Positions 17,204-27,633 of a DNA stretch of 64,000 bases are shown here, piece after piece (position 1 is the first letter of the stretch; the number at the start of each line of letters is the position of its first letter). The translations under genes were made by a program, and so were the position numbers. The DNA comes from Desulfosoma sp. GTDB taxonomy: Bacteria; Desulfobacterota; Syntrophobacteria; Syntrophobacterales; DSM-9756. The stretch is from contig JBBFKW010000006.1 in NCBI GenBank assembly GCA_037481835.1, positions 128,001 through 192,000 of the forward strand, given 5' to 3'. The notes under the pieces are model-generated. The model did no database searches. It was given only the letters and a program-made list of their open reading frames with translations, and was not told the origin of the DNA.

Positions 17204-20167
17204 ATGAAACGGTTTGTCAAAAAGTTGCTCACCCAGGACTGGAAAACGGCTCGAGTGGTCCACCACGCCGTTTTGGAAGCCCGGGAGGCCCAATACGGCG
17301 CCCCTGCGCGCCCGATTCCGGATCCCATCCGGCAGGCGCTGCGCTTCCTGGGCATTGAGCGCTTGTACAGCCACCAAGTTGAGGCCCTGGATTACCTTCG
17401 AAACGGCCGACACGTGGTGGTGGCGACGCCCACAGCCAGCGGCAAGTCCCTCATCTACAACGTGGCCGTCACGGAAACCCTGCTTGAAGCCCCGAAGACC
17501 CATGCCCTGTATCTCTTTCCCATCAAGGCCTTGAGCCGCGATCAGCACGAGGCCCTGCAGGCTTTCTTCCAGGCCGTTTCCCCCGACCGGCCTTTGACGG
17601 CGGCCGTCTACGACGGCGACACGTCGTCCCACCACCGAGCCGTCATCCGGAAAAAGCCGCCCCACGTGCTCGTGACCAATCCCGACATGCTCCACTACGC
17701 CCTGCTTCCCTATCACGCCAAATGGGAATCCTTTTTCCGAGGGTTGCGCCATGTGGTCGTGGACGAACTCCATACCTATCGAGGCATCTTCGGAAGCCAC
17801 GTGGCCCAGATTCTTCGGCGGCTGCTGCGCGTAACGGCCCTGTACGGGTCCCGGCCGCGGTTTGTTTTTCTTTCCGCCACTATCGGCAATCCGGGGGAAC
17901 TGGCCCGAAAGCTCATCGATCAGCCCGTGGAAACCGTAACCCAGTCAGGGTCTCCCCAGGCCCCTCGCCATTTCCTCTTTATGGAATCGGAAGGCCCCCT
18001 GGCGGGCCTGGCGGCTCGCATCACCCAGACGGCCGTGCGCTCGGGCCTCAAGACCATCGTCTTCACCCAATCCCGGCGCATGACGGAACTGGTGCACATG
18101 AGCCTTACGAGGGCGGCGCCGGATTTGGCGTCCAAGGTCAGTTCGTACCGAGCCGGCTTCCTTCCGTCGGAACGCCGCACGATCGAGCAGGGTTTGGCCG
18201 AAGGGCGCATCGCCGCGGTCATTTCCACAAGCGCCCTGGAAATGGGGATCGACATCGGCGGCTTGGATGTGTGCGTCCTCGTGGGATACCCCGGTACGGT
18301 CATGACCACATGGCAGCGGGGCGGACGCGTGGGCCGAAGCGGTCGGGAAAGCGCGGTGATCCTCATCCCCCAGCCGGATGCTCTGGACCAATACATCGTG
18401 CGCCACCCGGAAACGTTCCTCCAAGGATCCTGTGAAACGGCCGTCACCGATCCGGACAATTCAACCATCGTCGCCGAGCACTTGCCGTGTGCGGCCGCCG
18501 AAATCCCTCTCGACGCCGCCGAAATGAGCGAGTGGTCGCAGACCCGGCGTCAGGCCCTCACTTCAGCCACAGACCAAGGGACCCTCATTCGATCGGAAGA
18601 CGGCCGCCGGTGGTTCTCCGCCGCATCCTACCCGCACCGCAGCGTGGACATTCGAAGTGTGGGCCCGTCCTTCACGATCCTGGGGCCGGACCCGCAGGAC
18701 AGGAACCGCTGGGTTCCCATCGGCACGACGGACGGGGTGCGCGCTTTCAAGGAATGCCATCCGGGAGCGGTCTATCTTCACCGCGGAAGGACTTTTGTGG
18801 TGCACACCCTGGATATGGAAAAGCGCCTCGCCCGGGCTGTGCCGCAAGACGCCGAATATTTCACGTGGGTCAAGAGCGAAAAAGAGACGGAAATTCTGGA
18901 AATCCAGGCGTCCAAGCCGTGCAACGCCTTCATCGCGCGCATGGGACGGCTTCGCGTTCGGGAACGCATCACGGGCTACGAGAAAAAGCGCCTCTTCACC
19001 CAGGAACTGCTGGACTTCACCCCCCTGGATCTTCCCGAACAGGTCTTTGAAACCCAGGGCTTTTGGGTGGAAATCGAAGACGCCGTGGTGGAAAAGATCC
19101 GCCGGGCGGGCCTTCATTACATGGGCGGCATCCACGCCATGGAGCACGCCGCCATCAGCATGTTTCCCCTTTTCGCCCTGTGCGATCGAAACGACATCGG
19201 CGGCATTTCCATCCCACTGCATCCGCAGCTGGGAAAAAGCGCCGTCTTCATCTACGACGGCTATCCCGAAGGGATCGGCTTGGCCGCCCGGGGCTACGAT
19301 ATCGTGGAGCCGCTCCTGGAACGAACCATGGAACTCATCGAAAGCTGCCCGTGCGATGCAGGCTGCCCCGGATGTATCCATTCACCCAAGTGCGGTGCGG
19401 GAAACACGCCCCTGGACAAACAGGCGGCTCTGGAAGTGCTGCGATACCTGCTGGGTCGAAAACCCTTGGGAATGGCGGGGGCGCTGAACGCCGAACCGGA
19501 CGAACCCCGGGGCGTGCCGGGCCCGGAACCGCCCGCCGCCGCCAAGGACCCGGCCATCGGGTTTTTTGATTTGGAAACCCAGAAGTTGGCCCAGGATGTG
19601 GGCGGCTGGGACAACAAGCACCTCATGCGCGTCTCCGTCGCGGTCCTTTACGACCACCCCCGCGGCGTCTTCGAAGTCTACCGGGAAGAGGACGTCCCGG
19701 CCCTCATCGAAAGGCTGCACGGCTTCGACCTTGTGGTGGGTTTCAACGTCACCCAGTTCGACTATGCGGTGCTCCAAGCCTACACGCCCAAACCCCTGCG
19801 GAACCTACCCACGTTCGACCTTTTGGAAAACATCCGCCGCCAGCTCGGGTTTCGGCTGAGCCTCGACCATCTGGGCGAAAAAACCCTGGGCCGCAAGAAA
19901 ACCGCCGACGGCGTCCAAGCCGTCCAGTGGTTCCACCAAGGACGCTGGGACCTCTTGACCCAATACTGCCGAGAGGATGTGGCCTTGACCCGAGACCTCT
20001 TTTTCCATGCCTTGGAAAAAGGCTATCTTCTCTATGAAGATCGGTCGGGAAACCGGCTGAGGCTCCCCACCCCGTGGCGCCTGGAAACGATCCTCGAAAC
20101 GTGCGGCCGAAAGAAAAACGACGGCGGAAACGCCATGCATCGGATGGGGCGCGTGTCGAGGGCCTAA
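17204..20167 (+). CDS. DEAD/DEAH helicase with DUF1998 domain fused to C-terminal RNase H-like exonuclease
   Basis: PTASGKS, DELH, SAT, QRGGRVGR; C...CPC..GCPGC cluster; C-terminal FFDLETQ, GFN...FD, SLD, YCREDV. Confidence 0.9.
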   Translation: MKRFVKKLLTQDWKTARVVHHAVLEAREAQYGAPARPIPDPIRQALRFLGIERLYSHQVEALDYLRNGRHVVVATPTASGKSLIYNVAVTETLLEAPKTHALYLFPIKALSRDQHEALQAFFQAVSPDRPLTAAVYDGDTSSHHRAVIRKKPPHVLVTNPDMLHYALLPYHAKWESFFRGLRHVVVDELHTYRGIFGSHVAQILRRLLRVTALYGSRPRFVFLSATIGNPGELARKLIDQPVETVTQSGSPQAPRHFLFMESEGPLAGLAARITQTAVRSGLKTIVFTQSRRMTELVHMSLTRAAPDLASKVSSYRAGFLPSERRTIEQGLAEGRIAAVISTSALEMGIDIGGLDVCVLVGYPGTVMTTWQRGGRVGRSGRESAVILIPQPDALDQYIVRHPETFLQGSCETAVTDPDNSTIVAEHLPCAAAEIPLDAAEMSEWSQTRRQALTSATDQGTLIRSEDGRRWFSAASYPHRSVDIRSVGPSFTILGPDPQDRNRWVPIGTTDGVRAFKECHPGAVYLHRGRTFVVHTLDMEKRLARAVPQDAEYFTWVKSEKETEILEIQASKPCNAFIARMGRLRVRERITGYEKKRLFTQELLDFTPLDLPEQVFETQGFWVEIEDAVVEKIRRAGLHYMGGIHAMEHAAISMFPLFALCDRNDIGGISIPLHPQLGKSAVFIYDGYPEGIGLAARGYDIVEPLLERTMELIESCPCDAGCPGCIHSPKCGAGNTPLDKQAALEVLRYLLGRKPLGMAGALNAEPDEPRGVPGPEPPAAAKDPAIGFFDLETQKLAQDVGGWDNKHLMRVSVAVLYDHPRGVFEVYREEDVPALIERLHGFDLVVGFNVTQFDYAVLQAYTPKPLRNLPTFDLLENIRRQLGFRLSLDHLGEKTLGRKKTADGVQAVQWFHQGRWDLLTQYCREDVALTRDLFFHALEKGYLLYEDRSGNRLRLPTPWRLETILETCGRKKNDGGNAMHRMGRVSRA

Positions 20168-20312
20168 AGCGTCGGGACATTTTGGCCGATGGAGGATGTG
20201 AGAGGCGACGCAGGCTCCGGAGGGCAAAAAAGGCAACCTTCCAGGGGCCGGGCGCGTGACCGAGCATGGGAAAGGCCCTACCCGTTCATTCGCCGTTACG
20301 AGGGAAAGAAGG

Positions 20313-20927
20313 ATGATGATCACGGAAAAGATGGATGGTTCCATCAAGAATGCGTCCCCGCTCGCGGCGGTTCCTGAGCAGGCGGGGCTGCTTTCCGCGG
20401 AAGACGTTCCAGGCTGGTATGCCCTTTACGTTCAGGTGAACCACGAAAAGAAGGTGGCGGATCAGCTCCGGAAGAAAAACATCGACCATTTCCTGTCGCT
20501 CATGAACACGTGGAGCAAAAGGCGGGATCGGCGACTGCGGATCCAAGTGCCCCTTTTTCCGGGATACGTGTTCGTCCATGCCGCCTTGGACAACACGGTC
20601 CACGTGGAAATCCTCAAGATTCCCGGGAGCGTCTACATTGTCCGAAGCAGCCGAGGACCGGCGCCCATTCCGGACTACCAGGTGGAAAGCCTGCGGAGGG
20701 TCCTGGAAAAAGCGGATTCGCTCACGTTGCATCCTTACATGGCCGAAGGGGATTGGGTGGAAGTCGTGCGCGGCCCCTTTGCCGGGTGCGTGGGCATACT
20801 CCGACGGCTCGATCCCAAAAAAGGCACGCTGATCATCAGCATTGACGTCATCCGCCAGGCGGCCAGCGTGCAGTTGGCCGTCGAGGACGTGGTGCGGATC
20901 GACGGCCCTCCCGTTTTACGCCGTTAA
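20313..20927 (+). CDS. NusG-paralogue transcription antiterminator (UpxY/LoaP/RfaH-like)
   Basis: WYALYV...HEKKV, PLFPGYVFV (NGN domain), GDWVEVVRGPFAG (KOW); start uncertain. Confidence 0.88.
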   Translation: MMITEKMDGSIKNASPLAAVPEQAGLLSAEDVPGWYALYVQVNHEKKVADQLRKKNIDHFLSLMNTWSKRRDRRLRIQVPLFPGYVFVHAALDNTVHVEILKIPGSVYIVRSSRGPAPIPDYQVESLRRVLEKADSLTLHPYMAEGDWVEVVRGPFAGCVGILRRLDPKKGTLIISIDVIRQAASVQLAVEDVVRIDGPPVLRR

Positions 20928-22172
20928 GCTTTCCATGCCGAAGAGGTGCACGGTCACCTCCGTTGCGGCTTCATAACCTTCCACGTGTTCGGGAACGATG
21001 ACGTAGCCGTCGGCCTGAGACAGGCTGCTGATCATGGCCGATCCCCCGAAAACCGGGTCGGCCCACACCGTGCCGCCTTCTTCCAAAAGCCGGACTCGGA
21101 TGTAGTCCGCTCGACCGTGGACGGACGGCATATTACGCCGAAGCATCGCACGGCACGTATGGGCTTTGGGCCGAAGTGCCGGGTCCACCCCCTGGAGCCG
21201 AAGCAGGCTCGGACGCACAAACGCCGTGAAAACAATCATGGCCGAAGCGGGCTGTCCGGGAAGGCCCCAGAGGATCTTTGATCCGATGCGCGCCAAAATG
21301 GTGGGTTTTCCCGGGCGGATGGCCACGCCGTGCACCAGAAGCTCCGATCCGCCGAGACGGTCCAGCACCTGGACCGTGTAGTCCCGCGCTCCAACGGAAC
21401 TGCCTCCCGAAAGGAGCACGACGTCGTGGCCTGCAAGCGCCTGACGGCACTGGGCGGCGAGCGCTTCCAAATCGTCCGGCACGACCCGCCTTAAACCCGG
21501 AATCCCTCCCGCTTCCCGCACCTGGGCCGCCAGGACGAACGTGTTGATGTCTCGGATTTTTCCCACGGGAACGGGAGCCGTTTCCGGAGAGACGATTTCG
21601 TCCCCCGTGGAAAGAATCGCTACGCGAGGCGGACGAAAAACGGGAACGGATCGCAGCCCCACGGCCGCAAGCACCCCGACGTCCTGGCTGCGCAGCGGCC
21701 AACCCGCCCGGAAAAGCGGGCTTCCTCGAGCGATATCGTCCCCCGGTTCCAAGATATTGTCACCTGGAGCCACGGGGCGGGTCACTTCGATGGTCCCGTC
21801 GCCCACATCCTGGGTGTATTCCACCATGACCACGGCGTCCGCCCCTTCGGGAATGGCCCCTCCCGTGGGCACGATGACGGCATCCCCCGGCCCGACCGCG
21901 GTTTCAGCCGGTTTTCCCATGAACACTTCGCCCACAACACGGAGCAGGGCCGGCAACGATTCCGTGGCGCCGAAGGTGTCTCGAGCCCGCACGGCATAGC
22001 CGTCCATGACGGCACGGCGGAAATGAGGCACCTCGTCCGCCGCGTGGATGTCCCGAGCCACGACCCTCCCTGCGGCTTCTTCCAAAGAGACGGTTTCTTC
22101 CCCCAGCGGGCCGATGCGGTCCACGAGGGCCAAAACCTCTTCGGCCGTCTTCACCTTGAGAAATTCCGGCAT
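20916..22172 (-). CDS. moeA: Molybdopterin molybdotransferase
   Basis: MDGYAV, TGGAIPEGADAVVMVE, STGDEI, SGGSSVG, RPGKP, GLPGQP. Confidence 0.93.
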   Translation of the reverse strand: MPEFLKVKTAEEVLALVDRIGPLGEETVSLEEAAGRVVARDIHAADEVPHFRRAVMDGYAVRARDTFGATESLPALLRVVGEVFMGKPAETAVGPGDAVIVPTGGAIPEGADAVVMVEYTQDVGDGTIEVTRPVAPGDNILEPGDDIARGSPLFRAGWPLRSQDVGVLAAVGLRSVPVFRPPRVAILSTGDEIVSPETAPVPVGKIRDINTFVLAAQVREAGGIPGLRRVVPDDLEALAAQCRQALAGHDVVLLSGGSSVGARDYTVQVLDRLGGSELLVHGVAIRPGKPTILARIGSKILWGLPGQPASAMIVFTAFVRPSLLRLQGVDPALRPKAHTCRAMLRRNMPSVHGRADYIRVRLLEEGGTVWADPVFGGSAMISSLSQADGYVIVPEHVEGYEAATEVTVHLFGMESLTA

Positions 22173-22293
22173 GAACGTCTCCTTCGATGCGTTCCTCTCC
22201 CCCATCCGTTGACCCGAAAGGGTCCCCGTGCGAAGATTCTTGTAGCGGACGGCGGGCGCCGGGGCAAGAAGGCCGCGCACACAAGGGGGGAAC

Positions 22294-22653
22294 ATGGTGG
22301 CTCAGGGACGAAAGCTCCTCGTCCACTGCAAGGTGTGGGTGGAAGATGAAACCGGGGAACTCATCTTCGGCGCCGGCCGGCTTCGCATTTTGGAAGCCGT
22401 GGAACGGTCGGGATCCATCGTGGGGGCGGCCAAGGAACTGGGAATGAGTTATTCGGCGGTTTGGGGGAAAATCCACGCCACGGAACAGCGCCTGGGCCGG
22501 CCTATCCTGGAAAAGAAAATCGGAGGGCCCAGAGGCGGAGGATCGGTCCTTACGCCCTTTGCCAAGGAACTGCTGGAACGCTTCCGCACCCTGGAAGACC
22601 GAACCCAACAAGCCGCGGAAGCCATCTTCGAAGACGTCTTCCACGACCCCTAA
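22294..22653 (+). CDS. ModE-family winged-helix regulator (DNA-binding domain only)
   Basis: FGAGR..ILEAV...GSI..AAKELGMSY...W, GGGSVLT; divergent from moeA. Confidence 0.85.
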   Translation: MVAQGRKLLVHCKVWVEDETGELIFGAGRLRILEAVERSGSIVGAAKELGMSYSAVWGKIHATEQRLGRPILEKKIGGPRGGGSVLTPFAKELLERFRTLEDRTQQAAEAIFEDVFHDP

Positions 22654-22690
22654 CGTCGGTTGGGGTTCGCTTCGCTCACCCCAACCTACG
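22654..22690. repeat. GTAG-type REP palindrome between convergent genes (possible terminator)
   Basis: CGTCGGTTGGGGTTCGCTTCGCTCACCCCAACCTACG; reverse-complement copy at 34432-34463. Confidence 0.8.
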
Positions 22691-22753
22691 GGTTTGAATA
22701 AGGATTTTAGTTGTGGGAGGCTGCACAGGAGTGGCCTCCGCCCGTCCCGTCCC

Positions 22754-23632
22754 TTACAACACGGACGCGAAGGCGTCCTTGCAGACGGCTCCCAACTCGC
22801 CCAGGTTTTCCACCACGGTGATTCCCGCCTGCTTCATGGCCTGGATTTTTCCCTGGGCCGTGCCGCTGGATCCGCTGATAATGGCTCCCGCATGGCCCAT
22901 GCGCCGACCGGGAGGGGCCGTGAGGCCCGCGACGAATCCCACCACGGGTTTGGTCATGTTCCGGGCGATGAACTCCGCCGCTTCCTCTTCCGCGGAGCCG
23001 CCGATTTCCCCCACCATGACCACGGCCTTGGTTTCCGGATCGTCCTGGAAGGCCTTCAAACAGTCGATAAAATTCGTGCCGTTTACGGGGTCTCCACCGA
23101 TCCCCACGCAGGTGCTCTGCCCGATGCCTTGCAAGGTGAGCTGGTGCACCACTTCGTAGGTCAAGGTGCCCGAGCGGGACACCACGCCCACGGAACCCGG
23201 TTTGTGGATGGGACCGGGCATGATCCCCACCTTGCATTGGCCCGGGGTGATGATGCCCGGGCAGTTGGGGCCGATGAGGCGCGAAGACGACCCTTTAAGG
23301 GCGTTTTTTACCTTGAGCATGTCCATGACGGGAATGCCTTCCGTGATGGTGACGATGACACGCACGCCGGCGTCCATGGCCTCCAGAATGGCATCCGCGG
23401 CGAAAGGCGGCGGCACGAAAATCATGGAACAGTCGGCTCCCGTCGCCCGCACGGCCTCTTCCACGGTGTTGAACACCGGGATGTCATCCATGGTCTGCCC
23501 GCCTTTTCCCGGCGTGACGCCCGCCACCACGCGCGTGCCGTAAGCCACGCACTGCCTCGTGTGGAACTGCCCTTCCCGACCGGTGATTCCCTGAACAAGG
23601 ACTCGTGTCTGCGCATTCACCCAGATGCTCAT
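22754..23632 (-). CDS. sucD: Succinyl-CoA synthetase alpha subunit
   Basis: [28 protein letters not shown]. Confidence 0.96.
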   Translation of the reverse strand: MSIWVNAQTRVLVQGITGREGQFHTRQCVAYGTRVVAGVTPGKGGQTMDDIPVFNTVEEAVRATGADCSMIFVPPPFAADAILEAMDAGVRVIVTITEGIPVMDMLKVKNALKGSSSRLIGPNCPGIITPGQCKVGIMPGPIHKPGSVGVVSRSGTLTYEVVHQLTLQGIGQSTCVGIGGDPVNGTNFIDCLKAFQDDPETKAVVMVGEIGGSAEEEAAEFIARNMTKPVVGFVAGLTAPPGRRMGHAGAIISGSSGTAQGKIQAMKQAGITVVENLGELGAVCKDAFASVL

Positions 23633-23643
23633 GGTGTTTCCTC

Positions 23644-24807
23644 CTACGCCTTGGCGATGGCCGCCACTTTGTGGGCCGCGTCTTTGAGGTCCTGTGCCAC
23701 GATGAGGTTCAAGCCCGATTCCTGCAGGATTTTCCGTCCTTGTTCCACGTTCGTCCCTTCCATGCGGATGACCACGGGGACTTTCACGCCCACTTTGCGG
23801 CTGGCTTCCACCACGCCCTGGGCCAGCACGTCGCAGCGGAGGATCCCGCCGAAAATGTTGATGAGCACCCCCTTGACGTTGGGGTCGCTCAAGATGATCC
23901 GGAAACCGTTTTCCACCATCTCCGCGCTGGCACCGCCCCCCACGTCCAGGAAGTTGGCCGGTTCGGCTCCCGCCAGCTTGATGATGTCCATGGTGGCCAT
24001 GGCCAAGCCGGCGCCGTTGACCATGTTGCCGATGTTGCCGTCCATCTTGATGTAGTTCAGGTTGTATTTGGACGCTTCCACTTCCAGCGGGTCCTCTTCG
24101 TCCAGGTCGCGATAGGCGAGCACGTCCTTGTGGCGGAACAGGGCGTTGTCGTCGAAGTTCATCTTGGCGTCCAAGGCGAGAAGGCGCCGATCCTTGGTGA
24201 TCACCAGGGGGTTGATTTCCACCAGGGAGGCGTCATAGTCCAGGCACAGCCGATACAGGGCGTGAACCATGGGCAGGAACAACTTGACGATGTCGGCATC
24301 CAGGTTCAGCCCGTAGGCGAGTTTTCGGGCCATGAACGGCTGCAGCCCGACGAGCGGGTCCACGTAGACCTTGACGATCTTTTCCGGCGTTTTGGCCGCC
24401 ACTTCTTCGATGTCCATGCCGCCCGCCTCGCTCGCCATGAACACGATTTTCGCCGTGGATCGGTCCGGCAGGAGGCTCAGGTAGAGCTCCTTTTCGATGT
24501 CCAGCCCCTCTTCCACAAGCACCTTGCGCACCAGCCGCCCTTCCGGCCCCGTCTGGTGGGTGACCAGGGTCATGCCGAGGATGCTTCCGGCGACGGAAGC
24601 CACCTCGTCGGCCGTCTTGGCCAGTTTTACGCCGCCGCCCTTGCCTCGGCCGCCCGCATGGATCTGGGCCTTGATCACCACAGGCAGCGTGCCCAGATCC
24701 CGGGCCGCCGCTTGCGCTTCTTCCACCGTAAAGGCCACCCGGCCCCTGGGGATGGGGACACCGTACTTCTGAAAGAGCTCCTTCGCTTGGTATTCGTGGA
24801 TCTTCAT
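23644..24807 (-). CDS. sucC: Succinyl-CoA synthetase beta subunit
   Basis: [37 protein letters not shown]. Confidence 0.96.
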   Translation of the reverse strand: MKIHEYQAKELFQKYGVPIPRGRVAFTVEEAQAAARDLGTLPVVIKAQIHAGGRGKGGGVKLAKTADEVASVAGSILGMTLVTHQTGPEGRLVRKVLVEEGLDIEKELYLSLLPDRSTAKIVFMASEAGGMDIEEVAAKTPEKIVKVYVDPLVGLQPFMARKLAYGLNLDADIVKLFLPMVHALYRLCLDYDASLVEINPLVITKDRRLLALDAKMNFDDNALFRHKDVLAYRDLDEEDPLEVEASKYNLNYIKMDGNIGNMVNGAGLAMATMDIIKLAGAEPANFLDVGGGASAEMVENGFRIILSDPNVKGVLINIFGGILRCDVLAQGVVEASRKVGVKVPVVIRMEGTNVEQGRKILQESGLNLIVAQDLKDAAHKVAAIAKA

Positions 24808-25099
24808 GGCCACCCTCTCTCGTTGATCATCCGTCGCACCACACGCCGTTTCCCAATGAAAAGTCGTTTGAAGCGCCACGCGAAAAGCCCCGCCGGGCCC
24901 TTTCCGCTGCCCTCTTTCTAGATGAAAAGTTTCGCAAAGTCAAAAACCCATGCATCCCTTACGGCTTGACATTTTGGGGATCGCGATTCTGGATTCACGT
25001 TTGCCCTCATCGGTGTTAAAAGGAGCGGGTGTGAACCTGCCCGAATGGGGGGGGGGACGCTCCCGACCTGTGCAACCGATTGTGCTGCGAGGCGCCGAC

Positions 25100-26533
25100 A
25101 TGGAATGGGAAACCGTCATCGGACTGGAAGTGCATGCGCAACTCCTTACGGAAAGCAAAATTTTCTGCGGCTGTTCCACCGCCTTCGGGGCCGCCCCCAA
25201 CACGCACACGTGCCCCGTGTGCCTGGGCATGCCGGGGGTGCTGCCCGTCCTGAACCGCACCGTCGTCGAATACGCCATGAAAATGGCTTTGGCCACCCAC
25301 TGCCGCATTGCGTCCCGGTGCCGATTCGCCCGCAAGAATTACTTCTATCCGGACCTTCCGAAAAATTACCAGATTTCCCAATACGAGGAACCGCTGGCTA
25401 CGGGAGGCTGGATCGACATCGAAACGGACGCCGGAACACGCCGGATCGGCATCACCCGCATCCACATGGAAGAGGACGCGGGAAAGCTCATCCACGACGA
25501 GACCCAGCCGGTGAGCTACGTGGATTTCAATCGCACGGGCGTGCCGCTCATCGAAATCGTGAGCGAACCCGACATCCGGACTCCGGAAGAAGCCGCCGCT
25601 TATCTCCGGACGCTGCGGGACATCCTGCGCTACCTGGGCGTCTGCGACGGCAACATGGAAGAAGGGAGTTTCCGCTGCGACGCCAACATCAGCCTTCGGC
25701 CTGTGGGCAGCACGGCTTTCGGCGTCAAGACGGAACTCAAGAACATGAATTCCTTCCGAAACGTGCAACGCGCCCTGGAATTCGAAGTGCGCCGCCAGCG
25801 CGCCCTGCTCGACAAAGGGGAAGCCGTCGTCCAGGAAACGCGCCTGTGGGATGCGGGCCGGGGAGTGACGGTGAGCATGCGGGGCAAGGAAGAAGCCCAC
25901 GATTACCGCTATTTTCCCGACCCCGATCTGGTCCCGCTGGTCATCGATTCGGAATGGATCGAGTCCGTCCGCAGAAGCCTTCCCGAACTTCCCGACGCCA
26001 AGCGGGAACGCTTCATGGCCCAATACGAACTGCCGGCCTACGATGCGGCGGTGCTCACCGCATCCAAAGACGTGGCCGACTATTTTGAAGCGGTCCTGGC
26101 GGACTTTCCCCAGCCCAAGACGGTGAGCAACTGGATCATGAGCGAACTGATGCGGGAACTCAAACGGGACGAACGCGATATCGACGCCTGCCCCGTGCCG
26201 CCCAAGCACCTGGCCGAACTGCTGCAGCTCATGGAAAAGAACGTCATCAGCGGAAAACTGGCCAAGTCGGTTTTCAAGGACATGTACGAAACGGGGGCGG
26301 CCCCGTCCCGGATCGTGGAAGAAAAGGGCCTCCGCCAGGTGACCGACGAAGGGGCTTTGGCGGCCGTGATCGACCAGGTGCTTGAGGAAAACCCCAAGGA
26401 AGTGGACGCCTATCGACAGGGCAAAGAAAAATTGATGGGTTTTTTTGTCGGCCAGGTCATGCAGAAAACCCGGGGCAAGGCCAATCCCCAGCTTGTCAAT
26501 CGCATCCTGAAAGAAAAGCTTTCCACATCTTAG
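25100..26533 (+). CDS. gatB: Asp/Glu-tRNA amidotransferase subunit B
   Basis: [38 protein letters not shown]. Confidence 0.96.
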   Translation: MEWETVIGLEVHAQLLTESKIFCGCSTAFGAAPNTHTCPVCLGMPGVLPVLNRTVVEYAMKMALATHCRIASRCRFARKNYFYPDLPKNYQISQYEEPLATGGWIDIETDAGTRRIGITRIHMEEDAGKLIHDETQPVSYVDFNRTGVPLIEIVSEPDIRTPEEAAAYLRTLRDILRYLGVCDGNMEEGSFRCDANISLRPVGSTAFGVKTELKNMNSFRNVQRALEFEVRRQRALLDKGEAVVQETRLWDAGRGVTVSMRGKEEAHDYRYFPDPDLVPLVIDSEWIESVRRSLPELPDAKRERFMAQYELPAYDAAVLTASKDVADYFEAVLADFPQPKTVSNWIMSELMRELKRDERDIDACPVPPKHLAELLQLMEKNVISGKLAKSVFKDMYETGAAPSRIVEEKGLRQVTDEGALAAVIDQVLEENPKEVDAYRQGKEKLMGFFVGQVMQKTRGKANPQLVNRILKEKLSTS

Positions 26534-26553
26534 TGAATTAAAGGAGCGCCCCC

Positions 26554-27615
26554 ATGTCCGGATCATCCCTTCGGCCCATATGGTGGGACGGCGACGCCGT
26601 CATGATCGTCGATCAGAGGTTGTTGCCGCACAAGCACAAGGTTCTGCGGTGCACCACTCCCGACGAAGTCATCCGGGCCATCAAGACCATGGCCATCCGC
26701 GGCGCGCCCGCCGTGGGGATCGCCGGAGCCATGGCCGCGGCTCTGGGGGCTCGAACCGTCACGGCCGCCGACGTGGCCACCTTCCGGCGAAAATTCACGC
26801 ACCTGTGCGAACGCATCCGCTCCGCCCGCCCCACGGGGAACAATTTGAGCTGGGCCGTGGATGCGGTCTTCGCCGTGGTCATCGAAAACCCAGGAGCCGA
26901 CGTGCCCGAGCTGCAGCGGCTCATCCGCCGAAAATCGGAAGAAATCCTCGCGGAAGACATCCGCACCAACGAGGCCATTGGGCGGTGGGGGGCGGAAATC
27001 GTGCCCAAAGGGGCGCGGATCCTGACCTACTGCAACGCGGGGGCTCTGGCCACCGGGGACTACGGAACCGCCTTGGGAGTGGTGCGCGCCGCTTTCGCCG
27101 CGGACCCGTCCATCCACGTGACCTGCTGTGAAACCCGCCCGTTCCTTCAAGGAAGCCGCCTGACGGCCTACGAACTCATGACGGAAAAGATCCCCTGCAC
27201 CCTGATTACGGACAACGCCGCGGGAAGCCTCATGCAGCAGCGGAAAATCGACCTCGTGATCGTGGGAGCGGACCGGATCGCCGCCAACGGGGATACGGCC
27301 AACAAAATCGGGACTTACACCCTGGCCGTGCTCGCCCAGGCCCACGGCATTCCTTTTTTCGTCGCGGCGCCCCGATCCACCATCGACCCCAGGCTCCCCA
27401 ACGGAGCCGGCATCCCCATCGAACAGAGGGATCCCCGGGAAGTGACCCATTTTTACGGCCGGCTTGTGGCACCCCGGGGCATGGCGGCCGCAAACCCGGC
27501 CTTCGACGTCACCCCTCACCGGCTTATCACGGGGATCGTCACTGAAGTCGGGGTCATCCGAAAGCCTTTCACCCGAGGCATCCGAAGGGCCCTGGAGGCG
27601 CCGCCGCCGGCATGA
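26554..27615 (+). CDS. mtnA: S-methyl-5-thioribose-1-phosphate isomerase
   Basis: IRGAPA, RPT, CNAGALAT, ETRPFLQG, GADRIAANGDTANKIG, NPAFDVTP. Confidence 0.93.
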   Translation: MSGSSLRPIWWDGDAVMIVDQRLLPHKHKVLRCTTPDEVIRAIKTMAIRGAPAVGIAGAMAAALGARTVTAADVATFRRKFTHLCERIRSARPTGNNLSWAVDAVFAVVIENPGADVPELQRLIRRKSEEILAEDIRTNEAIGRWGAEIVPKGARILTYCNAGALATGDYGTALGVVRAAFAADPSIHVTCCETRPFLQGSRLTAYELMTEKIPCTLITDNAAGSLMQQRKIDLVIVGADRIAANGDTANKIGTYTLAVLAQAHGIPFFVAAPRSTIDPRLPNGAGIPIEQRDPREVTHFYGRLVAPRGMAAANPAFDVTPHRLITGIVTEVGVIRKPFTRGIRRALEAPPPA

Positions 27616-27633
27616 CGAAAAAGCCACGCACCC

